Of a DNA stretch of 54,659 nt, positions 35,275-45,966 are shown in pieces. The position numbers and the translations under genes are program-made. Under the pieces are notes generated by a model, which ran no database searches, was not told the DNA's origin, and was given only the letters and a program-made list of their open reading frames with translations. Origin of the DNA: a virus (lineage: Duplodnaviria > Caudoviricetes); IMG/VR virus record IMGVR_UViG_3300026183_000006, positions 1-54,659 of that record; one strand, 5' to 3'. The stretch's first letter is position 1, and the number at the start of each line of letters is the position of its first letter.

Positions 35275-35625
35275 ATGGCAACGTATTCAAACATATTTAT
35301 TGATCAAGGATCAAACTTTAATACTTCAATCGACCTTTCAGATTCGACTGATCTTAATTTGACGAATTATACTGCAGCCGGAACTGTTGCTAAGTCGTAT
35401 GATGGTACAACAAAGGCGACATTTTCAACTAATATAGATTCTGAATCTTCTACAGTAAGTATTTTCTTAAACGCGTCACAAACTGCAGGTTTGAAACCAG
35501 GCCGTTATGTTTATGATGTAATCATTGTATCGCCCGATAGTCCAGCCATTGTAACAAGAATTCTAGAGGGTCAGATTGATGTAACACCTGGAGTCACTTT
35601 CGACTCATCTGCCCCAGAATCATAA
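35275..35625 (+). CDS. Fibre-associated adaptor (BppU-like beta sandwich)
   Basis: NIFIDQGSNF, LKPGRYVYDV, RILEGQIDVTPGVT. Confidence 0.7.
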   Translation: MATYSNIFIDQGSNFNTSIDLSDSTDLNLTNYTAAGTVAKSYDGTTKATFSTNIDSESSTVSIFLNASQTAGLKPGRYVYDVIIVSPDSPAIVTRILEGQIDVTPGVTFDSSAPES

Positions 35626-35626
35626 T

Positions 35627-36010
35627 ATGTCAATAAGAGCCAAGGTAGTCACACAGAATACAATCAATGCTCAGGTAAATCCTGATAAAAAGATTGTACC
35701 TAAACAAGTTTCTTCTGGTGGTGGAGGTGCCGCATTGACTGATGGTGATGGGATTTCAGATCTAAATTATAATGGAGCTTCTCCAAAAACAATTTCTGTT
35801 GATGATACTGTCCTTAGGACAACTGATAACACGGTTGTAAAAACAACAGGAGATCAAACAATTGAAGGAACAAAAACTTTCACTGACACTGGATTAAATC
35901 AGCTTAGTGACGTAACAATTACAAGCGTCGGAGATGATGATCTAATAAAATATGATGGAAGCTCATCAAAATTTATTAATACTAATATTATGGACGGTGG
36001 AAACTTCTAA
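35627..36010 (+). CDS. Short fibre-like structural protein
   Basis: GDQTIEGTKTF, LNQLSDVTIT, C-terminal DGGNF. Confidence 0.7.
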   Translation: MSIRAKVVTQNTINAQVNPDKKIVPKQVSSGGGGAALTDGDGISDLNYNGASPKTISVDDTVLRTTDNTVVKTTGDQTIEGTKTFTDTGLNQLSDVTITSVGDDDLIKYDGSSSKFINTNIMDGGNF

Positions 36011-36013
36011 ATA

Positions 36014-36021
36014 TATAAATA
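36014..36021 (+). promoter_or_regulatory. T4-type late promoter
   Basis: TATAAATA upstream of ATG 36052. Confidence 0.75.
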
Positions 36022-36051
36022 GAAAAAAGTTAACTTAAATAGAAACATTTC

Positions 36052-37875
36052 ATGGCTAATACAATTAGAATTAAAAGAAGATCATCATCTGGATCTAACG
36101 GTGCACCATCTTCATTGAAGAATGGTGAATTAGCATATAACGAATCAGATAATACTTTGTATTATGGTTACGGTGATGACGGTAGTGGTAATGCAACATC
36201 TATTCCAGCAATTGCTGGTGGAGGAAATTATGTTACACTAACTACTAATCAAACTATTAGCGGTAGTAAGGATTTTACTGGAACATTTTCTTTAAATGGT
36301 ACAGCGGTAACAGCTTCAGCAGCTGAACTTAATCAACTTGATAATGTAACATTAGGAAATGTTGTAACACTAAATGTTGGTATTTCTGATACGAATCTTC
36401 TGCAAGCTGATAGTACAGTAGCCGATAATGACTTTTTAAGAATTAACGGTACAAAGGTTGAAGGACGTTCTGCAGCCGAAGTTAAAGCAGATCTTGACCT
36501 TGAGATTGGTACCGATGTTCAAGCACAAGACGAACTTTTGCAAGATATCGCAGATATTAGCGGCACTGCGACCGGAGCAAACCAATTTATTGTATCTACT
36601 GGTGTTGGTACGTTTCAACTTGAAAGTGGTGCTACAGTACGAACAAGCATTGGCCTTGGAACTACTAATTCACCAACATTTACTGGTTTAACTCTTAGTG
36701 GAGATCTTAATGTTGATGGTGGTGATATAACATCAAATTCTAGCACATTTAATTTCCTTACTGATAATGCTTCTGTTGAAACACTTAATATCGGTGACTC
36801 TGGTGGTAATTTAGCAACAACATTTCCAGGTCTTGTAGATATTGATAGCGGCTTAAATGTAGGTGCTAGTGATGAGTTTAGTGTTGATGCATCTGGAAAT
36901 ATTTCTACTTCAGGAACACTTGCAGCTAGCTTTGCTGCAGCTACTACAGATACAGATGCATTCTTAGTTAGCGATAGTGGTACTGTTAAAACGAGAACAG
37001 GAGCACAGGTTCTTAGCGATATCGGAGCTCAAGCTTCAAATGCTCTTTTAACAGATATTTCAGGTCTTACTATTGCTGATGGTACATTCCTTGTTGGTAA
37101 TGCTTCTGGTGATATTGTAGCTGAAAGTGGTGCTACAGCACGGGCTTCTCTTGGTGTCGATCCATCAGGAACAGACAACTCAACAGATGTTACACTGGCC
37201 GGTACTCCTGATTATATTACTATTAGTGGTCAAGTAATTACAAGAAATCAGATTGATCTTACAACTGATGTAACAGAAATTCTTCCAGCAGCAAATGTTG
37301 GAAACCTTCCTGCATCCAAGATCACAAGTGGAACGTTTGCTGATGATCGAATTAAAGCTACTAACGTTACTCAGCACCAAGATAGTATTTCAAGCGTTGG
37401 TACTCTTGATGATCTCGCTGTTACGGGTGATGTTACTGTTTCAACTGGAGACGTTGTAATTACAGCTGGTAATTTAGTTGGTCCTTCAACATTCTATATT
37501 GATCCTGCTCCTAATGATTCTCCACATAACAATTCCCCAGATAGCCCAGCTCCTACTGGAACGGTTGTTATTCGAGGAGACCTTCAAGTTGATGGTACGA
37601 CAACAACAATTAATTCAACTGAGATTTCTATCAATGACAAGAACATGGTTCTTGCAGACGATCAAACAAGTTATACTGGTATTGATGGTGCTGGTTTATT
37701 GTTTGGTGATACCGGAACGCCCGGCCAGGGCCTTATTGAATTCCAATATGTCAATGCTACAGATAATGCAGACAAGCGTATGGAACTTACTGGTGCAGGT
37801 GGAGCTGGGATTGATATTGGCCTCCATATTTCAGGAGGTCTTTATAACACTGTCGTTGATGGTGGCACGTTCTAA
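36052..37875 (+). CDS. Tail fibre protein
   Basis: N-terminal IRIKR...LKNGELAYN anchor, G/T/D-rich shaft, GDLQVDGTTTTINST, C-terminal DGGTF. Confidence 0.85.
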   Translation: MANTIRIKRRSSSGSNGAPSSLKNGELAYNESDNTLYYGYGDDGSGNATSIPAIAGGGNYVTLTTNQTISGSKDFTGTFSLNGTAVTASAAELNQLDNVTLGNVVTLNVGISDTNLLQADSTVADNDFLRINGTKVEGRSAAEVKADLDLEIGTDVQAQDELLQDIADISGTATGANQFIVSTGVGTFQLESGATVRTSIGLGTTNSPTFTGLTLSGDLNVDGGDITSNSSTFNFLTDNASVETLNIGDSGGNLATTFPGLVDIDSGLNVGASDEFSVDASGNISTSGTLAASFAAATTDTDAFLVSDSGTVKTRTGAQVLSDIGAQASNALLTDISGLTIADGTFLVGNASGDIVAESGATARASLGVDPSGTDNSTDVTLAGTPDYITISGQVITRNQIDLTTDVTEILPAANVGNLPASKITSGTFADDRIKATNVTQHQDSISSVGTLDDLAVTGDVTVSTGDVVITAGNLVGPSTFYIDPAPNDSPHNNSPDSPAPTGTVVIRGDLQVDGTTTTINSTEISINDKNMVLADDQTSYTGIDGAGLLFGDTGTPGQGLIEFQYVNATDNADKRMELTGAGGAGIDIGLHISGGLYNTVVDGGTF

Positions 37876-37895
37876 AAAATACACTATACATAACG

Positions 37896-37983
37896 TATAA
37901 ATAGATATCGTAGGGTGGTAAATCCTACGATATTTTATTATATACTCTGAGCTCTATAGCTCTTCTTTACCGATTCTATAATC
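37896..37983 (+). promoter_or_regulatory. Late promoter plus structured 5' leader
   Basis: TATAAATA 37896-37903; 10-bp stem 37905-37914/37924-37933; second hairpin 37949-37962. Confidence 0.7.
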
Positions 37984-40900
37984 ATGTCAAATACAATTAT
38001 TCTTAAGAAGTCAGGCGTATTAGGAAAAGCGCCTCTTACTTCAAATCTTTCTCTTGGTGAAATCGCAATTAACTATAAAGATGGTTATTTATTTTATCGC
38101 GATAATGAATCATCTCCCGCTGTTCATAAAATTAATGCTGGTGATGCAGATACTGTTGATGGCTTCCATTTGAACCAAAACGTTCTTACGACTTCAACTC
38201 CTACCTTTGATAAGGTACGCCTCACAAATGGAAGTGACGCAAGCCTAAGTAGTACTGATCACGCTTTTCAGGTAGGTGCATCAAGTGGACTGAATCTTAT
38301 TATTGATAACAACGAGATTCTGTCCCGCAGCAATGGTAGTGCTGCCGTATTATATTTTCAGAATGATGGTGGCGATGTTAGGATTGGTTCAAATGGAGGG
38401 ACATCTAGATTCTATGTTCAAGACGGATCCGCGGCCGCTCCAGCAATTACATTTAACAATGATGCTAACACTGGAATTTATAGAATAGCGGCTGATGAGT
38501 TAGGTATAACTTCTGGAGGCACACTAAGAGCGCGATTTAATTCAACTGGTATTGTATCATCTGCAAATGTTTATACTGCTAGTGGTAGTGATTTTAGAAA
38601 TTATGGCGGTATATGGAAAGCTTCTACTGGCTTAACTGGTAACGGATTTCGATTTAGTAACACTGTAGACGGTACAGCTTTAACTATTAGTTCGACTGGT
38701 GATACAGTTGCTTCAGGTTCAGTCACTGCCACATCACTTGTCAAATCAGGGGGAAGCTCTTCAGAATTCCTTAAGGCGGACGGTAGCATAGATAGTAATA
38801 CTTATCTTACTACCAGTTCTGCGTCTTCCACTTACTTACCACTAGCAGGTGGTACGTTGACTGGTGGGTTATCTGGAACAACGGCGTCATTTAGTGGTAA
38901 TGTCGGAATAATTGGGACAGGAAATTTAAGCGTAAGAAATACATCTAGCGCAGGTAGTGGGATACAGTTTTTAGATGCTACTTGGTCAGCGGGTATTGAG
39001 CATAACAACGGGAAGCTATTCTTTAGATCTGGTGGTCAAAATGACAGGATGACTATCCATAGCGGCGGTAACGTTGGTATAGGAACAACGAGTCCTGAGA
39101 CTAAGTTGCATATTCTAACGTCTAACGAAGGCGTGAAGACTACTTATGCAGACGTTGCAATAGAAGCAGTAGATGCACAATTAGATTTGACCAGCAGCTC
39201 TTCGGGTAGTTGGGGATCGGCAATAAATTTTGTTGAAGGAGCAAGCGTTTCCGCTAATACAGATGTCTGGTCTATTGCTCGTCAAACCACAGGAGGGAAT
39301 GGAGATTCTTCATTGCGTTTTAATTTTGGCACTTCTAATCAACATGACAACGCTCACAAGGTTACATTTGCGTCTTCTGGCAACGTTGGTATAGGAACTA
39401 CTTCACCAAACCATTTATTGGAGATTGATGGAGGGACGGAAAACGCATTTATTCAATTAACCACTCCCAATAGTAGATATGGCGGTATAGCTTTTGGTGA
39501 CCCTCAAAGTGCAATAGCGGGTAGAATACAATACTATCATGGAGATGATAGTTTCCAATTTGATACTGATGGTAAGTTTACTTTTGAGGGTGGCAACGTT
39601 GGTATAGGAACAACGAGTCCAAATGCTTTATTAGAATTAAGTAAAAATGGTGGTGGTTCAAGCACAACTTTATTAAATGTAGGAGGCACTGGAAATGGAC
39701 GCATGTTGGTGAGGCACATAGATGGAAAGCTACATACATCTGATGCCACAGATGACCTATATTTAAATTACTTAAGTTCTGGCCATATCTCTATGGTTAA
39801 TGGGGGAGGAAATGTTGGTATAGGAACAACGAGTCCGTCACAAAAACTACATGTAGTAGGAAACACAACAACTACTGGAGTATCGTATACAGATATTGTT
39901 CAGACATATAGTGGTTCATCTATTGACTTTAGACATCAAGATGCATCTGTTGTTATGCGTGTTGATACAGCTAATGCGAGAATTGGTATAGGAACAACGA
40001 GTCCAGCAAAGAAGCTAGAAGTAAATGTTGGAGGCACATCTTCAGATGGGATTTTAGTTGTTGGTAGTTTAAACCCACATATTGAAGCTAAAGATTCTAC
40101 AAACTCTGTAAGAACAGTAATAGCATCAGAAGATAGCCTTGGCAAAGTTGGAACAATTTCCAGCACAGATTTAAAAATTGTCACAAGTAACACTGAACGC
40201 ATACGAGTTGATACCTCTGGCAATGTTGGTATAGGAGACACAACACCAGCTTATAAATTAGACGTTATTGGAACATTAAGAACAACAAGTGCGGCATATT
40301 TTAATAATGATGTAGTAGTTACTAATAACCTTACGTTAACAGGCGCACATAAACCAACGTTCACTACTCCTGACGATACAGTTTACACGCCATCTTATAA
40401 TTGGGTTACAGCGACCCCTTTTAATGCTGCATGGCATGACTTAATAGCCTTTGATAGAAACTATACAACCACTCAAGAGATTTCTACAGATGGGACAAAC
40501 TTCTCTTCTGATACTTTAGAGCTTGGGTTGTTTGATCAGAAAGATAAAACTAAATATGAAGTTGTAGGTAATGGAGAAAGAGCTGTTAGGTGGACTTGGA
40601 CGGGAGTAGCTTATAGTGTGGGGAGATATTTCCATATAGCTGCGGGATATTCTTCTCCTTCACCGTCTTGTACGGTAAAAATTGAAACAAGCTCTGATGG
40701 CTCGACATGGACGGAGATACACTCAAGCTCAGGGATACCCTTCAGCGCAATTAATAGGTTTTATTATGTAGACCCTTATGTTGGTGATGGTGGTGATAAC
40801 TATGTAAGGCTAACGATTGACAAAGGAAATACTGATACTAAGACGATTAATCTTACTAGCATTAAAATGCTAACCCAAAGATTGGCTGATCAAGGTCAAG

Positions 40901-43900
40901 GTAGAGAAGATGAATTACCTTTTTACTATGACAAAAACCAAAATATTGGTATAGGAGTAGCGGCTCCTGACGGCCCACTTCATGTTCAATATAATGATAG
41001 TACAGCTAGATCTTCTGTTATAGACAATACTACAGTAGGTTTAAGAGTAGAGAATACTAATTCTAATGGGGTGTCTCAAATACATTTGAGAGCTGGTGAT
41101 GCTGATGCACATATTTTAGTTGAGGATGTAGGTTCTAATGCTGCTGATATGTTCTTTTCTGTGGATGGAACGGAACCAGCGATGGTAATAAAAAATGATG
41201 GCAACGTTGGTATAGGAACAAATGATCCAGATACAAAGTTGCATATTGCACTTGCAGGTGGAAGCGCTCAGTTAACTCTTGAAAGAACAGGCGGTAGTGC
41301 AGGAAAAGCAGTACTTGCTGGCGCAGCAGAAGGCCTTATAGTGTATGACGATGCTTTTGGACCTAAGATGTATGTGGGTACGTCTGGAACATACAATGGC
41401 AAAGTTGGTATAGGAACAACTAGTCCATCTCAAAAGTTAACTGTTGCAGCTGGTCACATATTATTAGATAATAATCAACAAATCAGATTTAAAGATTCAG
41501 GTGGAACAGAAAGGACTATTGTTCAGCTTTCTTCATCCAATGATTTATTTATTGGAGGTAGTTACGCTGGTGCTTTAAAATTCATGGGTGGAGGTTCCTA
41601 TACGGAACAGATGAGGATTCATGACGACGGGAACGTTGGTATAGGAACAACTAGTCCTAGCAATGCCTTAGAAATTTCTAATGCATCTTTCGCTAATCAA
41701 TTAAGAGTATTAAGACCGCAGAATACAGAGGGTGGTATCGCAGGAATAATTAATATAGCAGGTTTCAATTCAGCTTCCGTAGTTAAAGATTATGCGAGAA
41801 TTGGAGTAATCATAGATGATAATACTAACGCAACAGAAGACGGATCTTTAGTATTACAAACTATTACAAATGGAACTAATACTGAAAAAGTTCGTATTAA
41901 TGCATCTGGTAACGTTGGTATAGGAACAACGAGTCCAGCAGAGAAACTACACGTAGGTGGGGACATCAGAGTAGGTAATGGCGGCTCTAGCGAATATAAT
42001 CACGTTAATTTTACTAGAGCAGGTGGCTCTAACGTAGGAGCTATTGGTTGGCATAGTGACAATAATTTTTATGTAGGAGGTCATCCTTCTTATGGGCCAA
42101 CTGCTGGCAACATAGTAAGAGTTTATGGGTTCGGTAGTGATATACGTTTAGGGGATAACACAAATGGAGATGTATTAACTGTAGACGCTACTAACGGCAA
42201 CGTTGGTATAGGAGATACAACACCATCTTATAAGTTGGATGTTGCTGGTGATATTAGAGCGACTGGAGATCTTAGAGCAGACGATGATATATTTATTGCA
42301 GGTAATACATTAAGGTTCACGAATGATGCGGCATCTGCTTACATTCAATCTGTAGATACACTATACATAGAAGCTGATTCAAATATCAACGATACAGGTG
42401 GTAAGCCGATCATCTTTAGAACTGCCGGCACAACAAAGATGACGATTGCTGGAGATGGTGATGTTACAATCGACAACGACTTAATCGTATCAGGCGACCT
42501 TACAGTCAACGGAACCACGACAACTATCAACAGCACAACTGTTCAAGTTGACGATAAAAACATTGAGCTAGGTAGTGTCGCTTCTCCTACTGACACTACC
42601 GCTGATGGTGGTGGTATCACACTGAAAGGTGCTACAGACAAAACAATCAATTGGGTCAACTCAACTAGCTCTTGGACATCTAATCAAACTTTCTCAGCAC
42701 CGAACTTAACATTAACAAACTTATCAACATATAGTGGATCAGATATCACTGCTTTAATGATTTCTGGTGGTAATATTGTTGGTAAGAGAGCTTTAGGGAC
42801 TGCTGCGTTTAGTGCTACAAGTGATTTCGCTACAGCATCTCATAACCATACTCTTGATTCTCTTAGTAATACGACTATCACTTCGAACACTTCTGGCGAG
42901 ATTCTCAAATGGAATGGTTCAGCATGGATTAACAATACCCTTGCTGAAGCGGGTATCGCTGCGGCAGGTGACGAAAACATCATTGATGGTGCAACATCTA
43001 TTTGGAATGCTGATGGCGATGGCGATGTATTTACTTACAATGATTCAAACCCAACACATAATAGTAAAGGTACTGGAGCTGTAATTTATATTCGTGGTGA
43101 TGGGTCTAATGATGGTGGGCTTGTAAGAGCAGGTATATTCACATCCGATCATGTTTCTACTGCTAATGGTTATTATGTTGGAACCCTTTTGGGGACAACT
43201 AATTCTACGACTACTCAGGTAATCAATAATTCTGGTGAGTGGACAGGGGCTGTAATATCTTCAGCAAAACTTGATGCTGATACAGCTCATCTTTCTGGAA
43301 CTCAAACATTTAGTGGGGCTAAGACATTTTCTGTTAATCCTAAAATATCGCATACTGGTAATATTTCTTTTGCGATGGATAAGAGTGATGCTACTACGAC
43401 TACAAATTTAGTATCTTATGTTAGTTTCCAAGCTGGTGGTTCGGAAGTAGGTTGGTTTGGTTTTGGGAGTAATGGCTCTTCAGATCTTACATTAAGAAAT
43501 ACAAATGGAAAGGTCGTTCTTAATGGTTCGTCTGGGTCTGATTTAGGCACAGTTGTTTCTGGAACATGGAATGGTAGCGTTATTGCTTCTGCTTACTTAG
43601 ATTCAGATACCGCACACCTTTCTGGAACTCAGACGTTTAGCGGGGCTAAGACATTTAGTAGTGCATCAAAGTTTGCTAGTTTATGGAGTAGTTCTACTAT
43701 AGAATCAAACTCTTTTTATGTTCAAAACAGCACAGATGGTTTCGCTTTTGGTGTAGGTACTAGTATTTCAACTTGGTTTAGTTGGGATAATAATGCTGGA
43801 TTAAAAAGAGCAATAGATGTTTGGAATGATGGTAGTAAAATTCTTTTGGGGAATGGTGGCCATGATGTAGAAGTATCAAATGATTTACTTGTATCGCAAT

Positions 43901-44979
43901 ACATATCTCATACTGGTGATACAGATACATTTATTAGATTCCAACCTAATGATGTTAACTTAACTGCTGCGGGGCAAAACCTACTTCGTGTTGATGGAAA
44001 TTCAACACAAAAGACTGTTGTAGTTAACGAGGTTGGGATTGATGCAGATTTTAGAGTTGAGTCTAGTGGAGAAGCTAATGCGCTGTTCGTAAGAGGTTCT
44101 GACGGCAACGTTGGTATAGGAACAACTAATCCTGCTGCTAAACTACACGTATACAACAGCGCAGGAGGGGACGCAACCGACAAAGCGGGGATGTTATCAG
44201 AGGCGGTAATGAAACTGCAACCTCATGCTAGCAATTCAACCAATATGCTATTCGCTCAAGTTAATAGCGGAAATGGTATTGGTATACAGGTCACCAATGG
44301 TCCTGCGACTGCAAACTGGGATATAGCATTGAGTCCCTTTGGAGGCAACGTTGGTATAGGAGATACATCACCATCTTATAAACTAGACGTTGCTGGTACA
44401 TTTAGGTCAACTGGTATAGCAAATTTGAATTCAGGTGCTATTGTTACAAGCGGTGGTATTTCAATTAATAGTGGTGATCTTACTGTTTCATCTGGAGATG
44501 TGGTTATTACTGATGGTGTTTTACAAGGACCTTCGCGATTCATCATTGATCCATCTCCGTATGAATCTCCTTATACTTCTCCACTCAATAATTCTCCACA
44601 ATCAACAGGAGAGATTATTATTCGAGGAGATCTTGAAGTTGAAGGTCACCTTGCAGCTACAACTAAATCGTTTTTAGTAGACAACCCCAGAACTGGAGGA
44701 AAGCTTCAGTATGGTGTGGTTGAGAGTGATGAACATGGTGTATATGTTCGAGGAAAGACAGATCAAAATATGGTTGAACTCCCAGAGGAATGGGAATGGC
44801 TAGTTGATGAAGATAGTGTTACTGTTCAACTTACATCAATTGGTCAAATGCAAAATCTGTTTGTTATTGAACAAAATAACAAATATATAACAGTAGGTGG
44901 ATTAGCTCATAATGGTCAATATAATTATGTAATATATGGAACTCGTAAAGATGTTGATCCACTTGAAAAACATTTATAA
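37984..44979 (+). CDS. Long modular tail fibre (2331 aa) with GNVGIGTT repeats and C-terminal chaperone-like domain
   Basis: IILKKS...GEIAINY anchor; about 14 GNVGIG units; C-terminal TKSFLVDNP...VYVRG...YGTRKDV. Confidence 0.9.
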   Translation: MSNTIILKKSGVLGKAPLTSNLSLGEIAINYKDGYLFYRDNESSPAVHKINAGDADTVDGFHLNQNVLTTSTPTFDKVRLTNGSDASLSSTDHAFQVGASSGLNLIIDNNEILSRSNGSAAVLYFQNDGGDVRIGSNGGTSRFYVQDGSAAAPAITFNNDANTGIYRIAADELGITSGGTLRARFNSTGIVSSANVYTASGSDFRNYGGIWKASTGLTGNGFRFSNTVDGTALTISSTGDTVASGSVTATSLVKSGGSSSEFLKADGSIDSNTYLTTSSASSTYLPLAGGTLTGGLSGTTASFSGNVGIIGTGNLSVRNTSSAGSGIQFLDATWSAGIEHNNGKLFFRSGGQNDRMTIHSGGNVGIGTTSPETKLHILTSNEGVKTTYADVAIEAVDAQLDLTSSSSGSWGSAINFVEGASVSANTDVWSIARQTTGGNGDSSLRFNFGTSNQHDNAHKVTFASSGNVGIGTTSPNHLLEIDGGTENAFIQLTTPNSRYGGIAFGDPQSAIAGRIQYYHGDDSFQFDTDGKFTFEGGNVGIGTTSPNALLELSKNGGGSSTTLLNVGGTGNGRMLVRHIDGKLHTSDATDDLYLNYLSSGHISMVNGGGNVGIGTTSPSQKLHVVGNTTTTGVSYTDIVQTYSGSSIDFRHQDASVVMRVDTANARIGIGTTSPAKKLEVNVGGTSSDGILVVGSLNPHIEAKDSTNSVRTVIASEDSLGKVGTISSTDLKIVTSNTERIRVDTSGNVGIGDTTPAYKLDVIGTLRTTSAAYFNNDVVVTNNLTLTGAHKPTFTTPDDTVYTPSYNWVTATPFNAAWHDLIAFDRNYTTTQEISTDGTNFSSDTLELGLFDQKDKTKYEVVGNGERAVRWTWTGVAYSVGRYFHIAAGYSSPSPSCTVKIETSSDGSTWTEIHSSSGIPFSAINRFYYVDPYVGDGGDNYVRLTIDKGNTDTKTINLTSIKMLTQRLADQGQGREDELPFYYDKNQNIGIGVAAPDGPLHVQYNDSTARSSVIDNTTVGLRVENTNSNGVSQIHLRAGDADAHILVEDVGSNAADMFFSVDGTEPAMVIKNDGNVGIGTNDPDTKLHIALAGGSAQLTLERTGGSAGKAVLAGAAEGLIVYDDAFGPKMYVGTSGTYNGKVGIGTTSPSQKLTVAAGHILLDNNQQIRFKDSGGTERTIVQLSSSNDLFIGGSYAGALKFMGGGSYTEQMRIHDDGNVGIGTTSPSNALEISNASFANQLRVLRPQNTEGGIAGIINIAGFNSASVVKDYARIGVIIDDNTNATEDGSLVLQTITNGTNTEKVRINASGNVGIGTTSPAEKLHVGGDIRVGNGGSSEYNHVNFTRAGGSNVGAIGWHSDNNFYVGGHPSYGPTAGNIVRVYGFGSDIRLGDNTNGDVLTVDATNGNVGIGDTTPSYKLDVAGDIRATGDLRADDDIFIAGNTLRFTNDAASAYIQSVDTLYIEADSNINDTGGKPIIFRTAGTTKMTIAGDGDVTIDNDLIVSGDLTVNGTTTTINSTTVQVDDKNIELGSVASPTDTTADGGGITLKGATDKTINWVNSTSSWTSNQTFSAPNLTLTNLSTYSGSDITALMISGGNIVGKRALGTAAFSATSDFATASHNHTLDSLSNTTITSNTSGEILKWNGSAWINNTLAEAGIAAAGDENIIDGATSIWNADGDGDVFTYNDSNPTHNSKGTGAVIYIRGDGSNDGGLVRAGIFTSDHVSTANGYYVGTLLGTTNSTTTQVINNSGEWTGAVISSAKLDADTAHLSGTQTFSGAKTFSVNPKISHTGNISFAMDKSDATTTTNLVSYVSFQAGGSEVGWFGFGSNGSSDLTLRNTNGKVVLNGSSGSDLGTVVSGTWNGSVIASAYLDSDTAHLSGTQTFSGAKTFSSASKFASLWSSSTIESNSFYVQNSTDGFAFGVGTSISTWFSWDNNAGLKRAIDVWNDGSKILLGNGGHDVEVSNDLLVSQYISHTGDTDTFIRFQPNDVNLTAAGQNLLRVDGNSTQKTVVVNEVGIDADFRVESSGEANALFVRGSDGNVGIGTTNPAAKLHVYNSAGGDATDKAGMLSEAVMKLQPHASNSTNMLFAQVNSGNGIGIQVTNGPATANWDIALSPFGGNVGIGDTSPSYKLDVAGTFRSTGIANLNSGAIVTSGGISINSGDLTVSSGDVVITDGVLQGPSRFIIDPSPYESPYTSPLNNSPQSTGEIIIRGDLEVEGHLAATTKSFLVDNPRTGGKLQYGVVESDEHGVYVRGKTDQNMVELPEEWEWLVDEDSVTVQLTSIGQMQNLFVIEQNNKYITVGGLAHNGQYNYVIYGTRKDVDPLEKHL
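42682..42770 (+). repeat. 89-bp exact direct repeat, copy 1
   Basis: Identical to 53375-53463. Confidence 0.9.
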
Positions 44980-44986
44980 TAAAATT

Positions 44987-45241
44987 ATGTTCGAAAATAG
45001 AAGTTATTTAATCTTTAATATGTCGGAAGTCGATTCGATTGACTTTAATAACGTGCTGGAAACGTCAACGGAAACGCTGCGCTTATCAGTAGATGAAACA
45101 AAATCGTTTGTAAAATGGGAGGGTGAAACTCCATCTTTTGTTTCTGATTTGACAGATACTGAAGGGCCATACTCCCACAGTCAAATCCTTGAGATTCTTT
45201 CTGAAGAAGCGTGGACTCCTACAGGTCAAATGGAAGAATAG
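44987..45241 (+). CDS. Acidic fibre-associated hypothetical protein
   Basis: MFENRSYLIF...VLETSTETLRLSVDETKSFVKWEG; start moved from 44936 to the ATG after the upstream stop. Confidence 0.75.
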   Translation: MFENRSYLIFNMSEVDSIDFNNVLETSTETLRLSVDETKSFVKWEGETPSFVSDLTDTEGPYSHSQILEILSEEAWTPTGQMEE

Positions 45242-45244
45242 ATT

Positions 45245-45964
45245 ATGGCATTATCCCACTCACCAAAAATTGTAACTGATGGTTTGGTTCTCTGCTTAGA
45301 CGCAGGGGATGGTAAGTCGTATTCTGGTAGTGGGACGACTTGGACGGATAGGAGTGGGAATGGCTATAATGGTACTCTAACAAATGGACCTACTTTTGAT
45401 TCTGCAAATGGTGGAGGTTTAACTTTTGATGAAACCAATGATTATATAAACTTTGGTGATGCTACAGATACTAATTTTGGTAGTGATAATTTTACGATAG
45501 AGTGCGTAGCTTACATAGACCCCAATGTTAGTAATAATACTTATAAAGGCATAGTGGTAAAAAAAGGAGCAGGAGCTGCAAATGCTGGCTACGGTATTTA
45601 TTACAATACTTCCCAAGAAAAGTTTTTGTGGTCAACCGCTGACGGGTCTTCCTATTCAGAACGCTTCTCAACAAATACATGGTCAAGTATAGAAAATAGT
45701 TACGCTAACATTGTAATGGTCAGGGATAGTGCAGCAACAAACAATGGTCATTTTTATATAAATGGTGTATATGAATCTTTAGCTTCTACCGCTAGTGTGC
45801 TAGACGTAGACAATACGTCTAATTTGGTAGTTGGTGCATCTAGTACTCTTTATTCTCCATATTACCTTAAAGGTAAGGTTTCACAGGTAAAATTATATAA
45901 TAGAGCTTTAACAGCCTCAGAAGTCCTCCAAAACTATAACGCCACAAAAGGTAGATTCTCATAA
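45245..45964 (+). CDS. LamG/concanavalin A-like lectin protein, paralog 1
   Basis: IVTDGLVLCLDAG, NFTIEC, FYINGV, YNRALTASEVLQNYNATKGRF. Confidence 0.88.
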   Translation: MALSHSPKIVTDGLVLCLDAGDGKSYSGSGTTWTDRSGNGYNGTLTNGPTFDSANGGGLTFDETNDYINFGDATDTNFGSDNFTIECVAYIDPNVSNNTYKGIVVKKGAGAANAGYGIYYNTSQEKFLWSTADGSSYSERFSTNTWSSIENSYANIVMVRDSAATNNGHFYINGVYESLASTASVLDVDNTSNLVVGASSTLYSPYYLKGKVSQVKLYNRALTASEVLQNYNATKGRFS

Positions 45965-45966
45965 TT

